Assembly: GCA_015486075.1 (NCBI GenBank)
Contig: WFSG01000032.1
Span: 106,862 to 170,861, forward strand
Direction: 5' to 3'
Source of the DNA: Deltaproteobacteria bacterium
GTDB taxonomy: Bacteria > Desulfobacterota > Desulfomonilia > UBA1062
DNA: 64,000 bases
Shown here: positions 28,270-39,343 of the stretch, in pieces
Layout of the letters: each line of letters opens with the position of its first letter
Numbering within the stretch: the stretch's first letter is position 1
The notes under the pieces: model-generated
Told to the model about the DNA's origin: nothing
The model's input: only the letters and a program-made list of their open reading frames with translations
The model's database searches: none
Made by a program: the position numbers and the translations under genes

Positions 28270-28990
28270 CTATTCCAGCAGCAATGGCAACGTTTAGAGA
28301 CTCTACCCCTGATATGGGTATGCTCACGCTTTCCTTGGATATTCTCATCAGCTCAGGGCTTATACCTGTGCCTTCACGGCCAAGGCATAATGCAATTCTG
28401 TCTGTTTGCTTGATCTCATCTAGGGATAATCTACCGTAAGGAGTGAGGCTCAAGATGGCGTGAGGTATGGCCTTCAATTGTGAGATCGAAGCCCTTGCTA
28501 TCTTAACACCAAGGCATGAGCCCATGGATGCACGTACAGCCTTTGGCGAGAACGGGGATGCACTATCGCCCGTAACTATTACCATGCCAAATCCAAATGC
28601 CTCTGCAGTTCTCACTATGGTTCCAACATTGCCCGGATCCTGAACGCCGTCTAAAACTATTATCCTCTTGTAAAGCGAGGATTCCGATATTTGGGCCCAG
28701 GGTATGGGAACGAGAGCGATGATACCCTGTGGAGAATCTGTATCTGATAGCTTTTTGAATATTTCATCGCTCACAACTATACACGGGAATCCTGGTTCTC
28801 CATTTTTTCTTATGTAGGACGGTGTTATTGCGGATGCAATAGGTTCTATACCCCTTCTCAGGGCGTCTTCCACCAAGCGTTTCCCTTCAAGGACCAATAA
28901 TCTGCGCGACATCTTAAGCCGTATAAGATCCTTAAAGGCCTTGTTGTGTGTGCTCCTTATGGGTACTGCTTTAGTCCTTGGTCTACCCAG
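28235..28990 (-). CDS. TrmH/SpoU family RNA methyltransferase (start extended to probable CTG 28990)
   Basis: LDGVQDPGNVGTIVR, RASMG, LGREGTG and ESLNV. An upstream in-frame IRSTHNKAFKDL segment fits the family N-terminus. Confidence 0.88.
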   Translation of the reverse strand: MGRPRTKAVPIRSTHNKAFKDLIRLKMSRRLLVLEGKRLVEDALRRGIEPIASAITPSYIRKNGEPGFPCIVVSDEIFKKLSDTDSPQGIIALVPIPWAQISESSLYKRIIVLDGVQDPGNVGTIVRTAEAFGFGMVIVTGDSASPFSPKAVRASMGSCLGVKIARASISQLKAIPHAILSLTPYGRLSLDEIKQTDRIALCLGREGTGISPELMRISKESVSIPISGVESLNVAIAAGIAMAYLSGLLEK

Positions 28991-28993
28991 ATA

Positions 28994-29758
28994 CTATTCC
29001 CCTTTTTTAATCAGGGTTTTTATGTATGGGCTTACTATGTCAATGGGTAGAGGTACAATGGTATTGGTTGAACCCTCTGAAGACATCTCCCTTATGGTTT
29101 GTAAGAACCTCAGCTGGAGCGCGATAGGCTCCTGTGCAATGAGCTCGGCTGCATCGAGCAGTCTCCTTGCCGCCTGAAACTCACCCTCGGCATTTATGAC
29201 CTTTGCCCTTCTTTCTCTCTCGGCTTCAGCCTGTCTTGCCATGGCCCTCTGCATCTCTTCCGGAAGGTCAATATGCTTGAGCTCGACCGCAGATACCTTT
29301 ATACCCCATGGATCAGTCTGTCTGTCCAAGATGCTCTGTATGTGAGAGCTTACTTCTTCCCTCTTGGAAAGCAGCTCATCCAGCTCTGCCTGGCCGCACA
29401 CAGAGCGAAGCGTGGTCTGAGAGAGTTGGCTCGTTGCATAAAGGTAGTTCTCAACCTCTATAACTGCCTTCAATGGCTCGATAACCCTGAAATAAACTAC
29501 TGCGTTCACCTTTACCGTAACGTTGTCTTTGGTTATCACATCTTGGGGGGGTACATCCTGTACCACGGTCCTAAGGCTTATCCTCACATAGCGGTCAATC
29601 AGAGGTACTATTATTATAAGCCCTGGTCCCTTTGGTGCTGATAGTACCCTGCCGAGTCGGAATACAACTGCCCTCTCATACTCATTTAGCACCTTGATCG
29701 CAGAGAACAGAAAAAACAGAATGATAACGACTATAGTTATGCCTACATATCCGCCCAT
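28994..29758 (-). CDS. SPFH/stomatin-like (slipin) protein
   Basis: [28 protein letters not shown] and [15 protein letters not shown]; ATG 29758 follows GGAGG. Confidence 0.93.
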   Translation of the reverse strand: MGGYVGITIVVIILFFLFSAIKVLNEYERAVVFRLGRVLSAPKGPGLIIIVPLIDRYVRISLRTVVQDVPPQDVITKDNVTVKVNAVVYFRVIEPLKAVIEVENYLYATSQLSQTTLRSVCGQAELDELLSKREEVSSHIQSILDRQTDPWGIKVSAVELKHIDLPEEMQRAMARQAEAERERRAKVINAEGEFQAARRLLDAAELIAQEPIALQLRFLQTIREMSSEGSTNTIVPLPIDIVSPYIKTLIKKGE

Positions 29759-29802
29759 ACCCACCTCCCTTTTAGAGTTTTTTAGAGATATCGAAATATA
29801 TA

Positions 29803-31404
29803 TTAGATACCTTTGTTATCTGTGCCCATGGCCACGTTCAGGCTTTTGTCCTCGAGCATTGCCAGTCTCTTTGCCGCTACGTGCTTAAAAAAGGCAAGGT
29901 CTTCACCCTTAAGAGGAGGTCCTGCTACTGGTTTGAGCCTTAGTGGATTTATAAACCTGCCATTATGCCTTACCCTGAAATCTAGATGGGGACCTGTAGC
30001 CAATCCTGTCATACCTACATACCCAATTACCTGACCCTGATGTACATATTTACCTTTTGTGATCCCCCTAGCATACCTAGAGAGATGTGCATAGTAAGTG
30101 TAATAATTGTTCTTGTGTCTTATTCTAATACTATTTCCATATCCGCGTATCCATCCCTTGTAAATGACCCTTCCATCGCCAAGCGCTACGATAGGGGTAC
30201 CCATTGGGGCCGCGTAGTCCACACCGAGATGTGGTCTCCATACGTGTAGTATTGGGTGGAACCTGTGGTAGGTAAACCTAGATGAAATTCTGGTATATTT
30301 AAGAGGTGCTTTTAAGAACAACTTGTGTACAGGCCTTCCAGTCTCGTCATAATAGCCCTTCTTACCTTTGCCATCATCAAAGTAAATGGCAGTGAATTTC
30401 TTGCCCTGATTGACAAACCTTGCCGCCATTATCCTGCCAAACCCCTTGAACTTGCCCTCAACATAATATTTCTCAAAAACCAGGGTGTAGCTATCCCCTG
30501 GTCTTATCTCCTTGAAGAAGTTTATATCCCAGGCAAAGATGTCAGCTAGAGACATTATTACTTCGGGCGTGAGTCCAGCGGTGATACCGGAGTCATATAG
30601 ATTGTCCTTGATTACCCCGTGCGCCCGTGCATAGCTTATCTCAACCTTGAGGTCTTTCAGCTCTGCTGCGTAGCTACCCTCTAATGGGGTTACGACCAGC
30701 CTCCTGAAGTCATCGACCTGGTACTCTAGCCTTCCAAGGCGAACAGGTATTGACACCGAAACCCATATGTTCATTTCATGCCCGGGTTTAACCCGTGACA
30801 GGTCAAAACAGGACTTTGCTGATTCTGATATCTCTTCAATCTGGAATGGAGATATTTTAAGATCTGAAAGTGTCTTGTACGCACTTTGTCCTTTTTTCAA
30901 CTTCACGTTGACCTCTTTTAGTTTTCCAGCGAAATCAGGTGGAAGTACTGGATTTGTCTGTTCCATTACTGCGTTGATGTCTTCGCCATGTATTTCCATA
31001 ACAAGTTTTTTGATCTCACTTACCTCATACTCAAGCCTTATGAGTGATTGATCCTTTCCCGAGAAGACGAGGACTACCTTGTGGGCAGGTAAGATCTTTG
31101 AAAGGTCGAAGTATTTTCTTGCTGCATCTACAATCTTGTGTATGTCTGCATCGGAGACCCCGTTGTCCATAAGAATGGAGTATATGGAATTGCCTTTGTC
31201 AACGGTAAGAGTCCTTATTATTGGCTTTGGTTCAATACAAGATGTTGTTGCCATGTCTGAATAGCTAGTTCCCTGCGCTTTGCTTTCAGGTGGTGCATTA
31301 TCCTTTGCATTGTCATGGCATGCGTACATAGCCAAGGGTAGTAAGGATAACAACAGCGTAAAAAAGATACTAGGAAGCCTACGGCTTCCACTACGCAACA
31401 TCAT
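29803..31404 (-). CDS. M23 peptidoglycan DD-metalloendopeptidase (MepM-like), probable lipoprotein
   Basis: [18 protein letters not shown] and ATGPHLDF; lipobox-like MYAC. Confidence 0.9.
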   Translation of the reverse strand: MMLRSGSRRLPSIFFTLLLSLLPLAMYACHDNAKDNAPPESKAQGTSYSDMATTSCIEPKPIIRTLTVDKGNSIYSILMDNGVSDADIHKIVDAARKYFDLSKILPAHKVVLVFSGKDQSLIRLEYEVSEIKKLVMEIHGEDINAVMEQTNPVLPPDFAGKLKEVNVKLKKGQSAYKTLSDLKISPFQIEEISESAKSCFDLSRVKPGHEMNIWVSVSIPVRLGRLEYQVDDFRRLVVTPLEGSYAAELKDLKVEISYARAHGVIKDNLYDSGITAGLTPEVIMSLADIFAWDINFFKEIRPGDSYTLVFEKYYVEGKFKGFGRIMAARFVNQGKKFTAIYFDDGKGKKGYYDETGRPVHKLFLKAPLKYTRISSRFTYHRFHPILHVWRPHLGVDYAAPMGTPIVALGDGRVIYKGWIRGYGNSIRIRHKNNYYTYYAHLSRYARGITKGKYVHQGQVIGYVGMTGLATGPHLDFRVRHNGRFINPLRLKPVAGPPLKGEDLAFFKHVAAKRLAMLEDKSLNVAMGTDNKGI

Positions 31405-31469
31405 GGCCTAGTTTATATAAATTAAAACTTGTTATGGCAAGGTTTTTTCTGTTCTGGTACAAAACGCAC

Positions 31470-32117
31470 ATGTATGCATTTGTAGCTGATGTTCATATCA
31501 GGCCAGGCTTTGTTCAAGATGAGGATGATTTCCTTTTGTGGCTAGAAGCAATGCTTAGTAGGGCAGATGCCGTGTTCATACTGGGTGATTTATTCGATTA
31601 TTGGTATACTGGCATGGAAAGGGATCACCAAGGCATGATGAATGCACTGAGTTCCCCCAAGGTTTATCTTTTCCCAGGCAACAGAGATTTCTTACTTGGA
31701 AATCATCCTTCGGCTAGGATAAATGTTTTTTCAGAGGAGCAGGTGCAACGCATATATGGGGAAGATGTCCTAATTTGCCATGGCCATACACTAACGGTAC
31801 GCGACCCCGGGTTTAAGATACTCCACTGTTTTGGATGGCCTGTCATAGCATTTCTAGACAGGGTTCTCCCCGAGAAGGTCAAGCAGGCAATCTCAAGATT
31901 TCTCGTAAGGTCCTCGGCTCAAGTGAGAGCGCCTTCTGTATCCATACAACTAGACACGGCGTCAAGGCGGGGTGTTGACAGAGTGGTTTGTGGTCACCTT
32001 CATAGGGGTATCATGAAAGATGGGCTTATTGTTTTACCTAGCTTCCTAGACGAGGGTGCATGGCTTGAGTGGGACGAATATGGGCCTGTTTTCTGTAAAG
32101 GGACTATTTCAACATAA
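31470..32117 (+). CDS. lpxH: UDP-2,3-diacylglucosamine diphosphatase (LpxH-like)
   Basis: ADVH, LGDLFDYW, GNRDFL, CHG and CGHLH metallophosphoesterase motifs. Confidence 0.8.
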   Translation: MYAFVADVHIRPGFVQDEDDFLLWLEAMLSRADAVFILGDLFDYWYTGMERDHQGMMNALSSPKVYLFPGNRDFLLGNHPSARINVFSEEQVQRIYGEDVLICHGHTLTVRDPGFKILHCFGWPVIAFLDRVLPEKVKQAISRFLVRSSAQVRAPSVSIQLDTASRRGVDRVVCGHLHRGIMKDGLIVLPSFLDEGAWLEWDEYGPVFCKGTIST

Positions 32118-33255
32118 TCCTTGCCAGCACAGGCATTGCAACTAGGGCGCCCAATGCACTACCAAGGTTCGCAAAGACTACCACCATAAGTATTCTCGTG
32201 ATCGGGTTTTTCCAGAAACCTTTGATACTTGAAATATCGTCCTGCAAGGATTCGAAATCTGAGACCTTGGGTTTCCTAAGGTAGGCCTCACTCAGGCCAG
32301 CAAACCACCCGGCTGCAAGGGTTGGATTAAGTGACGTGATGGGGGATGCTATTGCTGCGATAAGTATACTGAGCGGATGAGCTAGGGCCAGGGTTGAACC
32401 TAGTGCAGCGAAAAAGGCATTGCTAAGGAGCCACCACTTCATCATCTCGTATCCTTTTTCCCTGCCTCCGCTGAAGAAACCGAGTACAATTACAATACCA
32501 ATAGCAAGTGGTATAAGATACTTTAAAATGTGCCTTCCACCCGGAGGAATCAGCTCCAGCCGTTCAATATTCTCGGGTACATGGTTCAAGTTTTTCCTGA
32601 TGCCACCTATATGTCCTGCCCCGACTACGGCAACCACCTTTCTGGATCTGATGTCAGAGATTTTTCTTGCCATGTACTCATCCCTCTCGTCCAGGAGTAC
32701 CTTTTTCACGCTTGGCGCCTTCTCTGCCATTTCTTCAACAGCGAGGCTTATTACGTCTGTCCGCTTGAGTTTCTCTATCTCTTTCTCGCCCACTTCTTCT
32801 GTAGAGAACATGGTGCTTATCAGTGCCCAAAACAGCCTCAAGCGTTCTTTAAAAGATAGCATCCTCCATAGGCGCTTCATGGTCACCTGGATATCCCTGT
32901 CCAGTAATGCCACTGGAATACCTTCCTTGTCGGCCTCCTCCACCGCAGCACTCATCTCTGCGCCCGGCTTAACTCCTAGCCTGTCGCCAATTCTTTTCTG
33001 GAAGGATGCTATAACAAGGTTTGCAAGGAGAAATGCTGTTTTCTTTTCCTTAATCACGCTAAAGATATCGGTATCTTCCCAGGGCTGTGGATTTCTTAGG
33101 ACATTATACCTTTTTTGGCATAGCTCGATACCAACTGTTTCTGGCCTGAACCTTGATATTGCTTCTTTTACCTCTGCCACGCTACTAGATGATACATGGG
33201 CGGTGCCTACAAGGAGGATTTCCTTGTTGTTTGTGGTTATGAGCTCTTCTGACAT
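32104..33255 (-). CDS. TraB/GumN (pheromone shutdown) family protein
   Basis: LVGTAHVS, PGAEM, LLDRDI, DERD, VVGAGH and C-terminal TMs. Confidence 0.92.
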   Translation of the reverse strand: MSEELITTNNKEILLVGTAHVSSSSVAEVKEAISRFRPETVGIELCQKRYNVLRNPQPWEDTDIFSVIKEKKTAFLLANLVIASFQKRIGDRLGVKPGAEMSAAVEEADKEGIPVALLDRDIQVTMKRLWRMLSFKERLRLFWALISTMFSTEEVGEKEIEKLKRTDVISLAVEEMAEKAPSVKKVLLDERDEYMARKISDIRSRKVVAVVGAGHIGGIRKNLNHVPENIERLELIPPGGRHILKYLIPLAIGIVIVLGFFSGGREKGYEMMKWWLLSNAFFAALGSTLALAHPLSILIAAIASPITSLNPTLAAGWFAGLSEAYLRKPKVSDFESLQDDISSIKGFWKNPITRILMVVVFANLGSALGALVAMPVLARIMLK

Positions 33256-33399
33256 GGCATAACTAATACATGGGTGTATTGAGAGGAGTCAAGCATAGAA
33301 AATTATTAACACATTAATCTTGATCTAGCGTGTCCGTCAAGACGGAGTCCAGTTATGTATTGTTATGGAAGACTATATTAGAGCCTTAAAGAGGCTGTA

Positions 33400-34362
33400 T
33401 CAATACGCATGGCAGGCTACAAGATGTCCATCTTCCTTTTCCTCAAGGCGTGGCCTTGATTGGGAGCATATGTCCATTGCCATGTCACACCTCGGCAGAT
33501 AGCTACAGCCTGTCCCACTGTATGCTAAGTAGTCCTTTTTGCTTGTGCAATTTATCCTTTTTTCTCGCTGGCCCACGCGTGGTATTGATGCAAGCAGGCA
33601 GCGGGTATATGGGTGCATAGGCGTGTTAATGATGGTATCTGTTGGTCCCAGCTCAACGATTTTCCCCATGTACATTACAGCTATCCTATCTGATACGTAG
33701 TTTACCACGGATATATCGTGTGAGATGAATAGGTAAGAAAGTTTGAGCTTTTGTTGTAGTCCCACAAGAAGGTTTAAGACCTGTGCCTGTATGGAGACGT
33801 CAAGGGAGCTGACCGGTTCATCGCATATAAGCAACCTAGGTTCAAGTGCAAGTGCCCTTGCAATCCCTATCCTCTGCCTTTGTCCACCTGAGAATTCATG
33901 AGGATACCTGTTGGCCACGTCCAAGGGTAGTCCTACCAGTCCTAGCAGCTCTAGTGCTCTTTTCCTGATTTCTTTGCGGGATGCCACGGCATGTACTATA
34001 AGTGGTTCTTCAATAATGGATATAACCTTCTTTCTGGGACTCAATGAACCGAATGGGTCCTGGAATATAACCTGCATTCCCCTGCGCACATGTCTTATGG
34101 CTATCTTGTCCATGTCGGGCCTAAGTTCATAGCCATCAAACATCACCCTGCCGTAGTCTGGTCTTTCCAGCATCAGCAGGAGCCTTGCTAATGTTGACTT
34201 CCCGCATCCCGATTCTCCAACAAGGCCAAGCGTTTCATTTGGGTATATCTCGAGGTCAACTTTATCTACTGCCGTTATCCTACCAACTGATCTGTTCGTA
34301 AGGCCAGTCTTTATATGGTAATCCTTGTGGATGCCTTTAACTGTTAGTATAGGTTCCCTCAT
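33400..34362 (-). CDS. oppF: Oligopeptide/dipeptide ABC transporter ATP-binding protein (OppF-like)
   Basis: GESGCGKST, YPHEFSGGQRQR, DEPVSSLD, HPYT and a C-terminal Cys cluster. Confidence 0.88.
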   Translation of the reverse strand: MREPILTVKGIHKDYHIKTGLTNRSVGRITAVDKVDLEIYPNETLGLVGESGCGKSTLARLLLMLERPDYGRVMFDGYELRPDMDKIAIRHVRRGMQVIFQDPFGSLSPRKKVISIIEEPLIVHAVASRKEIRKRALELLGLVGLPLDVANRYPHEFSGGQRQRIGIARALALEPRLLICDEPVSSLDVSIQAQVLNLLVGLQQKLKLSYLFISHDISVVNYVSDRIAVMYMGKIVELGPTDTIINTPMHPYTRCLLASIPRVGQREKRINCTSKKDYLAYSGTGCSYLPRCDMAMDICSQSRPRLEEKEDGHLVACHAY

Positions 34363-35372
34363 ACATGCCTCCAGCACCTTACCATGTGGGAACCCTCCAG
34401 TAAGGTAGCAGGTGGTTCTTTCTCAGAGCATATGCTCATTGCAACCTCGCACCTATCGTGGAATGGACATCCTTTGGGTACATCTCTAAATGTTGGTACT
34501 GTACCTGGTATGGGTTTGAGCCTGTACGACTTGGCCGTTTTCCCAAGTACTGGCCTTGAACGCATAAGACCAATTGTATAAGGATGTAGTGGGTTAGAAA
34601 ATAATGTGTCAACCTTGGATGACTCTACCACCTTTCCCATATACATAACCGATACGTCCTGGCAGGTCTCGGCAACAACACCGAGGTCATGGGTTACAAG
34701 TATTATGGATGTGTTGATTTCATCCTTTAACCCTTCCATAAGTTCTAGTATCTGTGCCTGGCTGGTTACATCAAGGGCAGTGGTTGGCTCATCGGCTATC
34801 ATTAACTTTGGCTTGCAGGCGAGAGCCATCCCAATCATGACCCTCTGGCGCATACCACCGCTCAGCTGGTGGGGATAGTCCTTTATGCGTTTTTCCGGCT
34901 GTGGTATACCTACCATTGCCAGGACTTCTATGGCTTTCTGGAGTGCAAAGGATCTTGAGCCTCTGAGTTCCCTTTGATGTAAGGCTATAGTTTCAGCTAC
35001 CTGTTCACCAATGGTGAATACAGGATTTAGTGATGTCATTGGCTCTTGGAATATCATAGAAATCTCGGCGCCTCTTATCTCACGCATGGATTCTTCATCA
35101 AGGCCGACTATATCTTTACCTTCAAACCATATATGTCCTCCCACTATCCTTCCGGGCCTAGGAACCAAGCGCATTATGGAAAGTGCCAGCATGGTTTTCC
35201 CGCACCCTGATTCGCCTACTATGCCGGTGGTAACAGACCGTTTAAGACTTATATTCACCCCGTCCAGGGCCCTTACTATCCTTTCGCGGGTAAAAAAATA
35301 CGTACGTAGATTCTCTATGTGAAGAATTACGTCATCTGTTTTTATTTGCGCGTTAGGCAGTTGCATTAACAT
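34359..35372 (-). CDS. oppD: Oligopeptide/dipeptide ABC transporter ATP-binding protein (OppD-like)
   Basis: [39 protein letters not shown] and HPYT. Confidence 0.88.
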   Translation of the reverse strand: MLMQLPNAQIKTDDVILHIENLRTYFFTRERIVRALDGVNISLKRSVTTGIVGESGCGKTMLALSIMRLVPRPGRIVGGHIWFEGKDIVGLDEESMREIRGAEISMIFQEPMTSLNPVFTIGEQVAETIALHQRELRGSRSFALQKAIEVLAMVGIPQPEKRIKDYPHQLSGGMRQRVMIGMALACKPKLMIADEPTTALDVTSQAQILELMEGLKDEINTSIILVTHDLGVVAETCQDVSVMYMGKVVESSKVDTLFSNPLHPYTIGLMRSRPVLGKTAKSYRLKPIPGTVPTFRDVPKGCPFHDRCEVAMSICSEKEPPATLLEGSHMVRCWRHV

Positions 35373-35483
35373 GGGTTTTATACGAAAAGCCTGTTGTACA
35401 CAAGGGATAACCTGCTGGAAGATTCTCAGTACAGATGCATCTTTGTGTACTTTGCCAGATGTTACATATCTATCAGATTTCTG

Positions 35484-37688
35484 TCACAAAGGGGCCTCTT
35501 GCAATAGCCTTTGTTTAAGCGATGTATACCTCTCATTTGGCTTTGCATTGTTTACAGCCATGGCTATTGCTTTGAAGTTGCCTACTATAACAACCAACCG
35601 TTTGCCCCTTGTAATAGCAGTGTAGAGTAAGTTTCTCTTCAACATTATATAATGCTGGGTATGAAGCACAATCACAACCGCTGGAAACTCGTTTCCCTGA
35701 GACTTGTGAACAGAACAAGCATAGGCGAGGGACAACTCGTCTAGATTATGAAGATTATAACATACCTGTCTGTTGTAAAAATCCACCTTCACCTCAGCAT
35801 CGTTTTTCAGCTGCCTAATCGAGGATATCCTTCCTATGTCACCGTTAAAGACGCCCAGTTCGTAGTTGTTTTTCAACTGCATGACCTTGTCTCCGGGTGC
35901 AAACCTTTGACCTGACCTATTAATGCCCTTTCTTGAAGGGTTCAGGATTGCCTGTAGATGTTCATTGAGGCTGGAAACGCCCACAAGGCCTCTGTGCATA
36001 GGTGCCATTACCTGTATATCTTCTATAGGGTCAAGTCCGAATCTCTCTGGTATCCTTGATGCAACAAACTCCTTAACGGTCTCAAGTATATCTTCGGGGC
36101 TCTCCCTTCTGATAAAGAAAAAGTCGCCTTTGCCTTGCCTTGGCTTGAGGTAGGGGATCTCTCCCCTGTTAACCTTATGTGCGTTTACAACTATGAGGCT
36201 CTTTCTTGCCTGTCGGAAGATCCTATCTAACTTTACAGTCTTAATCTTTCCCGATGCTATCAAGTCTTCGAGCACTTTTCCTGGTCCTACCGATGGGAGT
36301 TGGTCCGCGTCTCCAACAAGTACAAGGCGAGCATGGTTAGGCAATGCCTTGAGCACGTTGTAAAAAAGCACTATGTCTACCATGGAGAATTCGTCTATGA
36401 TCAACATGTCTACCTTTAAAGGCCTTTTCTGGTTCCTGTCAAATTGCATCTCGTTTGGATTGAACTCTAGCATGCGGTGAATTGTCCTAGCGTTCCTGCC
36501 TGTTGCCTCGCCAAGCCTCTTTGCTGCTCTACCAGTTGGTGCGCATAATTGGATCCTTATTCCTTTCTTTTCCAGTATTTCTATTATGGCACGTATCAAG
36601 GTTGTCTTGCCTGTCCCAGGTCCCCCGGTTATGATTATAATCTTGTCCTTTATTGCAGATGACACGGCATTCCTTTGCTCGCCTGCCAGAGTTATACCAT
36701 GCCTTGACTCAAACCACGCAATTGCCCTGTTAATATCTACGGGTATGGGGGTGATGGAGGTCTTCATAATGGTACTGAGCCTGGCTATAACGCCTGACTC
36801 TGATGCATAGATAGAAGGCAGATATACTGTCTTTGACTCGCCTGTGTTCTCCAAGAACACGAGGGATCCCATGCTTAATTCCTTGATTGCATCCTCAATA
36901 ATGTCCCTTTCAATATCGAGATCATGACTTGTGGTATCGACGAGGCCCTCGTAGGGGAAGTAGACATGCCCCTTGTCTGACAGTTGTCCCAGCACGTACA
37001 GTACTCCGGCTTTTGCCCTTTTATGAGACTGAGGGGAGATCCCTATTGAAGATGCAATCCTATCGGCTGTCTTGAAACCTATCCCGTGTATATCCATTGC
37101 TAGCCTATAGGGGTCATCGTGTAATATACCTATGGTGTCTTTGCCGTAGGCCTTGTAAATCCTTGGCGCATAAGCACTCGAGACGCCGTAGGATTGTAGA
37201 AGTATCATGACCTCCCTAATATCTTTTTGCTTTTTCCATGCATCAACGATTCTTCCGGCCCTTACTGGGCCTATCCCATCCACCTGTGTAAGCCTTTCTG
37301 GATGATTCTCAATCATATCAAGCACGGCCTCTCCAAATGTTCCCACGAGCCTTTTTGCCATCTCCCTGCCAATACCTCGTATCATGCCCGAGGACAGGTA
37401 TTTCTCTATGCCTTCTGTTGTTGCTGGCCTTAGGCTTGAGAAACTTGAGACCTGAAACTGTGGCCCATATACAGGGTTATGTACCCATTTACCTTTTAGT
37501 TTCAAGTGTTCACCCGGCTGTATTCCGGCCAGGTTACCAACTGCCGTTATCTTCCTACCTTTTGATATGATCCTTATTACGCTCCAGCCATTTGAGCTGT
37601 TGAAGTATACTATATGGTCTAGGGTTCCTTCGACTTCACGGTAGTCATGGTCTTCCTTTAACATATGCATCCTGTACCTGCCCCTCAC
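35484..37688 (-). CDS. recD2: ATP-dependent RecD2-like DNA helicase (start may be ATG 37670/37664)
   Basis: HhH repeats, GIGFKTAD, TGGPGTGKTT, IIDEFSM, GDADQLPSV, HKSQG and YTAITRG. Confidence 0.93.
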   Translation of the reverse strand: MRGRYRMHMLKEDHDYREVEGTLDHIVYFNSSNGWSVIRIISKGRKITAVGNLAGIQPGEHLKLKGKWVHNPVYGPQFQVSSFSSLRPATTEGIEKYLSSGMIRGIGREMAKRLVGTFGEAVLDMIENHPERLTQVDGIGPVRAGRIVDAWKKQKDIREVMILLQSYGVSSAYAPRIYKAYGKDTIGILHDDPYRLAMDIHGIGFKTADRIASSIGISPQSHKRAKAGVLYVLGQLSDKGHVYFPYEGLVDTTSHDLDIERDIIEDAIKELSMGSLVFLENTGESKTVYLPSIYASESGVIARLSTIMKTSITPIPVDINRAIAWFESRHGITLAGEQRNAVSSAIKDKIIIITGGPGTGKTTLIRAIIEILEKKGIRIQLCAPTGRAAKRLGEATGRNARTIHRMLEFNPNEMQFDRNQKRPLKVDMLIIDEFSMVDIVLFYNVLKALPNHARLVLVGDADQLPSVGPGKVLEDLIASGKIKTVKLDRIFRQARKSLIVVNAHKVNRGEIPYLKPRQGKGDFFFIRRESPEDILETVKEFVASRIPERFGLDPIEDIQVMAPMHRGLVGVSSLNEHLQAILNPSRKGINRSGQRFAPGDKVMQLKNNYELGVFNGDIGRISSIRQLKNDAEVKVDFYNRQVCYNLHNLDELSLAYACSVHKSQGNEFPAVVIVLHTQHYIMLKRNLLYTAITRGKRLVVIVGNFKAIAMAVNNAKPNERYTSLKQRLLQEAPL

Positions 37689-37771
37689 TAAGAGGCTAAA
37701 ATAACCCTTGTAATTGAATCCGAATGGCGTGTGAACTCTACTGAAAGTTGTTTTCCTTATTAATCAGGCTA

Positions 37772-38128
37772 TTAATAACTTACCTTCCTGTCGCCTGTAG
37801 CAACCATGAAGTGCACCTGCAATACACCCTCTTTTGACCTTATAATCCTTGCTATCTCAGGATGCAGGTTTTCATCTATAGGCTCTACCTGGGAGACATA
37901 CTGCTTTGTATCAGGTGTTAACTTTGTATGCCATTTTTTGATAAAGCCAGGCACGATTGCATATCCACAGCCTGAGGATCCACAGCAAGATGTATCTACA
38001 ACCCCGTACCCCAGAAAATAGAGAATTTGCTTGTCCTTGTATGCGAGTTTTTTTTCCTTTGTTATCACGTAGTGCCCTCCTATGGCATTTACCTCCTCGT
38101 TCAATACAGGATGTACAAACTCGATCAT
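37772..38128 (-). CDS. Hypothetical protein with DTSCCGSSGC motif
   Basis: 118-aa ORF with an AAGGAG SD and clustered cysteines. Confidence 0.75.
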   Translation of the reverse strand: MIEFVHPVLNEEVNAIGGHYVITKEKKLAYKDKQILYFLGYGVVDTSCCGSSGCGYAIVPGFIKKWHTKLTPDTKQYVSQVEPIDENLHPEIARIIRSKEGVLQVHFMVATGDRKVSY

Positions 38129-38307
38129 ACATGGCTCCTTTTCTTTCAGGGTTAAACACTCGGGTTAAATTAATAAATTATATCTTATAGATAACCCCAA
38201 TGGACCTATCTTTCAAGCACATTGTGTACCTAAAGTTTGAAGGTGTTAACACCGATGAATCAATATACCACCTAGGTAATCTAGGGCAGGAAGGGTAAGA
38301 GAGAAAA

Positions 38308-39342
38308 ATGGGATTTATTGACCATCTTTTTGGAAAGAAAAAGATTTCAAAGGATCTACGTGAATGCAAGGAAGCCCTTGAAAAACGCCCTAGTGACCTC
38401 AATCTTATGAAGAAACTAGGCGATCTCTATCTTAAATCAAATGACCCGGAGAACGCAGCCGAGATATATGTAATGCTAGCTGACAGTTACAGTGATAGGG
38501 GGTTTTATCCAAAGGCAACAGCGCTTTACAAGCAGGCTCAGAAGCTATTGCCCACCTGGAAGGTTGCACATGAGAAACTGGCCGAGCTTTACCAGATGCA
38601 GGGCTTTGTTAGAGAGGCGGCAAATCAATATGTAAAGCTTTCCGAGCTCATGGAGCAGGAAGGCAATGAGGAAGAGGCAATAGCATTTATGCAAAAGGCC
38701 GCTGAGCTTGATCCAGCACTGAAGGAACTAAACAAAAAGGTAGATAAGTTCGAGGTGAAGGAAAAGGCCATGTTGGAAGGAATGCCAAATGCAACGCATA
38801 GTCCACAGGTCCAGGGTACTGATTTTTTTGATCTCAAGGACGAGCTGGACAAAGAGATAGATATGCTAGATATCCATGATACTGTAGCAATGGGTGGGTC
38901 TGAGAATGACGATATCACTGATGTCAAGACCGTGTTCAAGGCCATAGAGGACAGTGCTATGGATGAGAACGCAAACGATCCTTTGTTTTTGTACAATATG
39001 GGTCTTGCCTATAGAGAGACAGGTCTCCTTGACGAGGCGATTGATGCATTTAAGAGAGTGATATCAACCGGGGAGAAGCTCTTTGACTCCTACACAATGC
39101 TCGGTGTGACTTTAAGGGAAAGGGGCCTTCATAGGGATGCTATAGAGACATTTAAGAAAGCAGCTACACTCGAAGAAGCCTCCCAGGAGATGAAGATGGG
39201 TATACTTTATGAGATTGGTCAGACCTATAAGGCAATGGGGGAAACAGATCGTGCATTGTCGATATTTAGAGAAATTCAGAAAGAACACAGGGATTTCAGA
39301 GATGTAGAGAATGAGATAGCGAAGCTCGCAGGGGAGGGCTGA
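38308..39342 (+). CDS. Tetratricopeptide repeat protein
   Basis: N- and C-terminal TPR arrays separated by an acidic linker (DFFDL...; LYNMGLAYRETGLLDEAI). Confidence 0.88.
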   Translation: MGFIDHLFGKKKISKDLRECKEALEKRPSDLNLMKKLGDLYLKSNDPENAAEIYVMLADSYSDRGFYPKATALYKQAQKLLPTWKVAHEKLAELYQMQGFVREAANQYVKLSELMEQEGNEEEAIAFMQKAAELDPALKELNKKVDKFEVKEKAMLEGMPNATHSPQVQGTDFFDLKDELDKEIDMLDIHDTVAMGGSENDDITDVKTVFKAIEDSAMDENANDPLFLYNMGLAYRETGLLDEAIDAFKRVISTGEKLFDSYTMLGVTLRERGLHRDAIETFKKAATLEEASQEMKMGILYEIGQTYKAMGETDRALSIFREIQKEHRDFRDVENEIAKLAGEG

Positions 39343-39343
39343 T

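Noticed and set aside
32420-33262. 280-aa + strand ORF
   Set aside because: Antisense shadow of the TraB-family gene; Ser/Ile-rich with no motifs.
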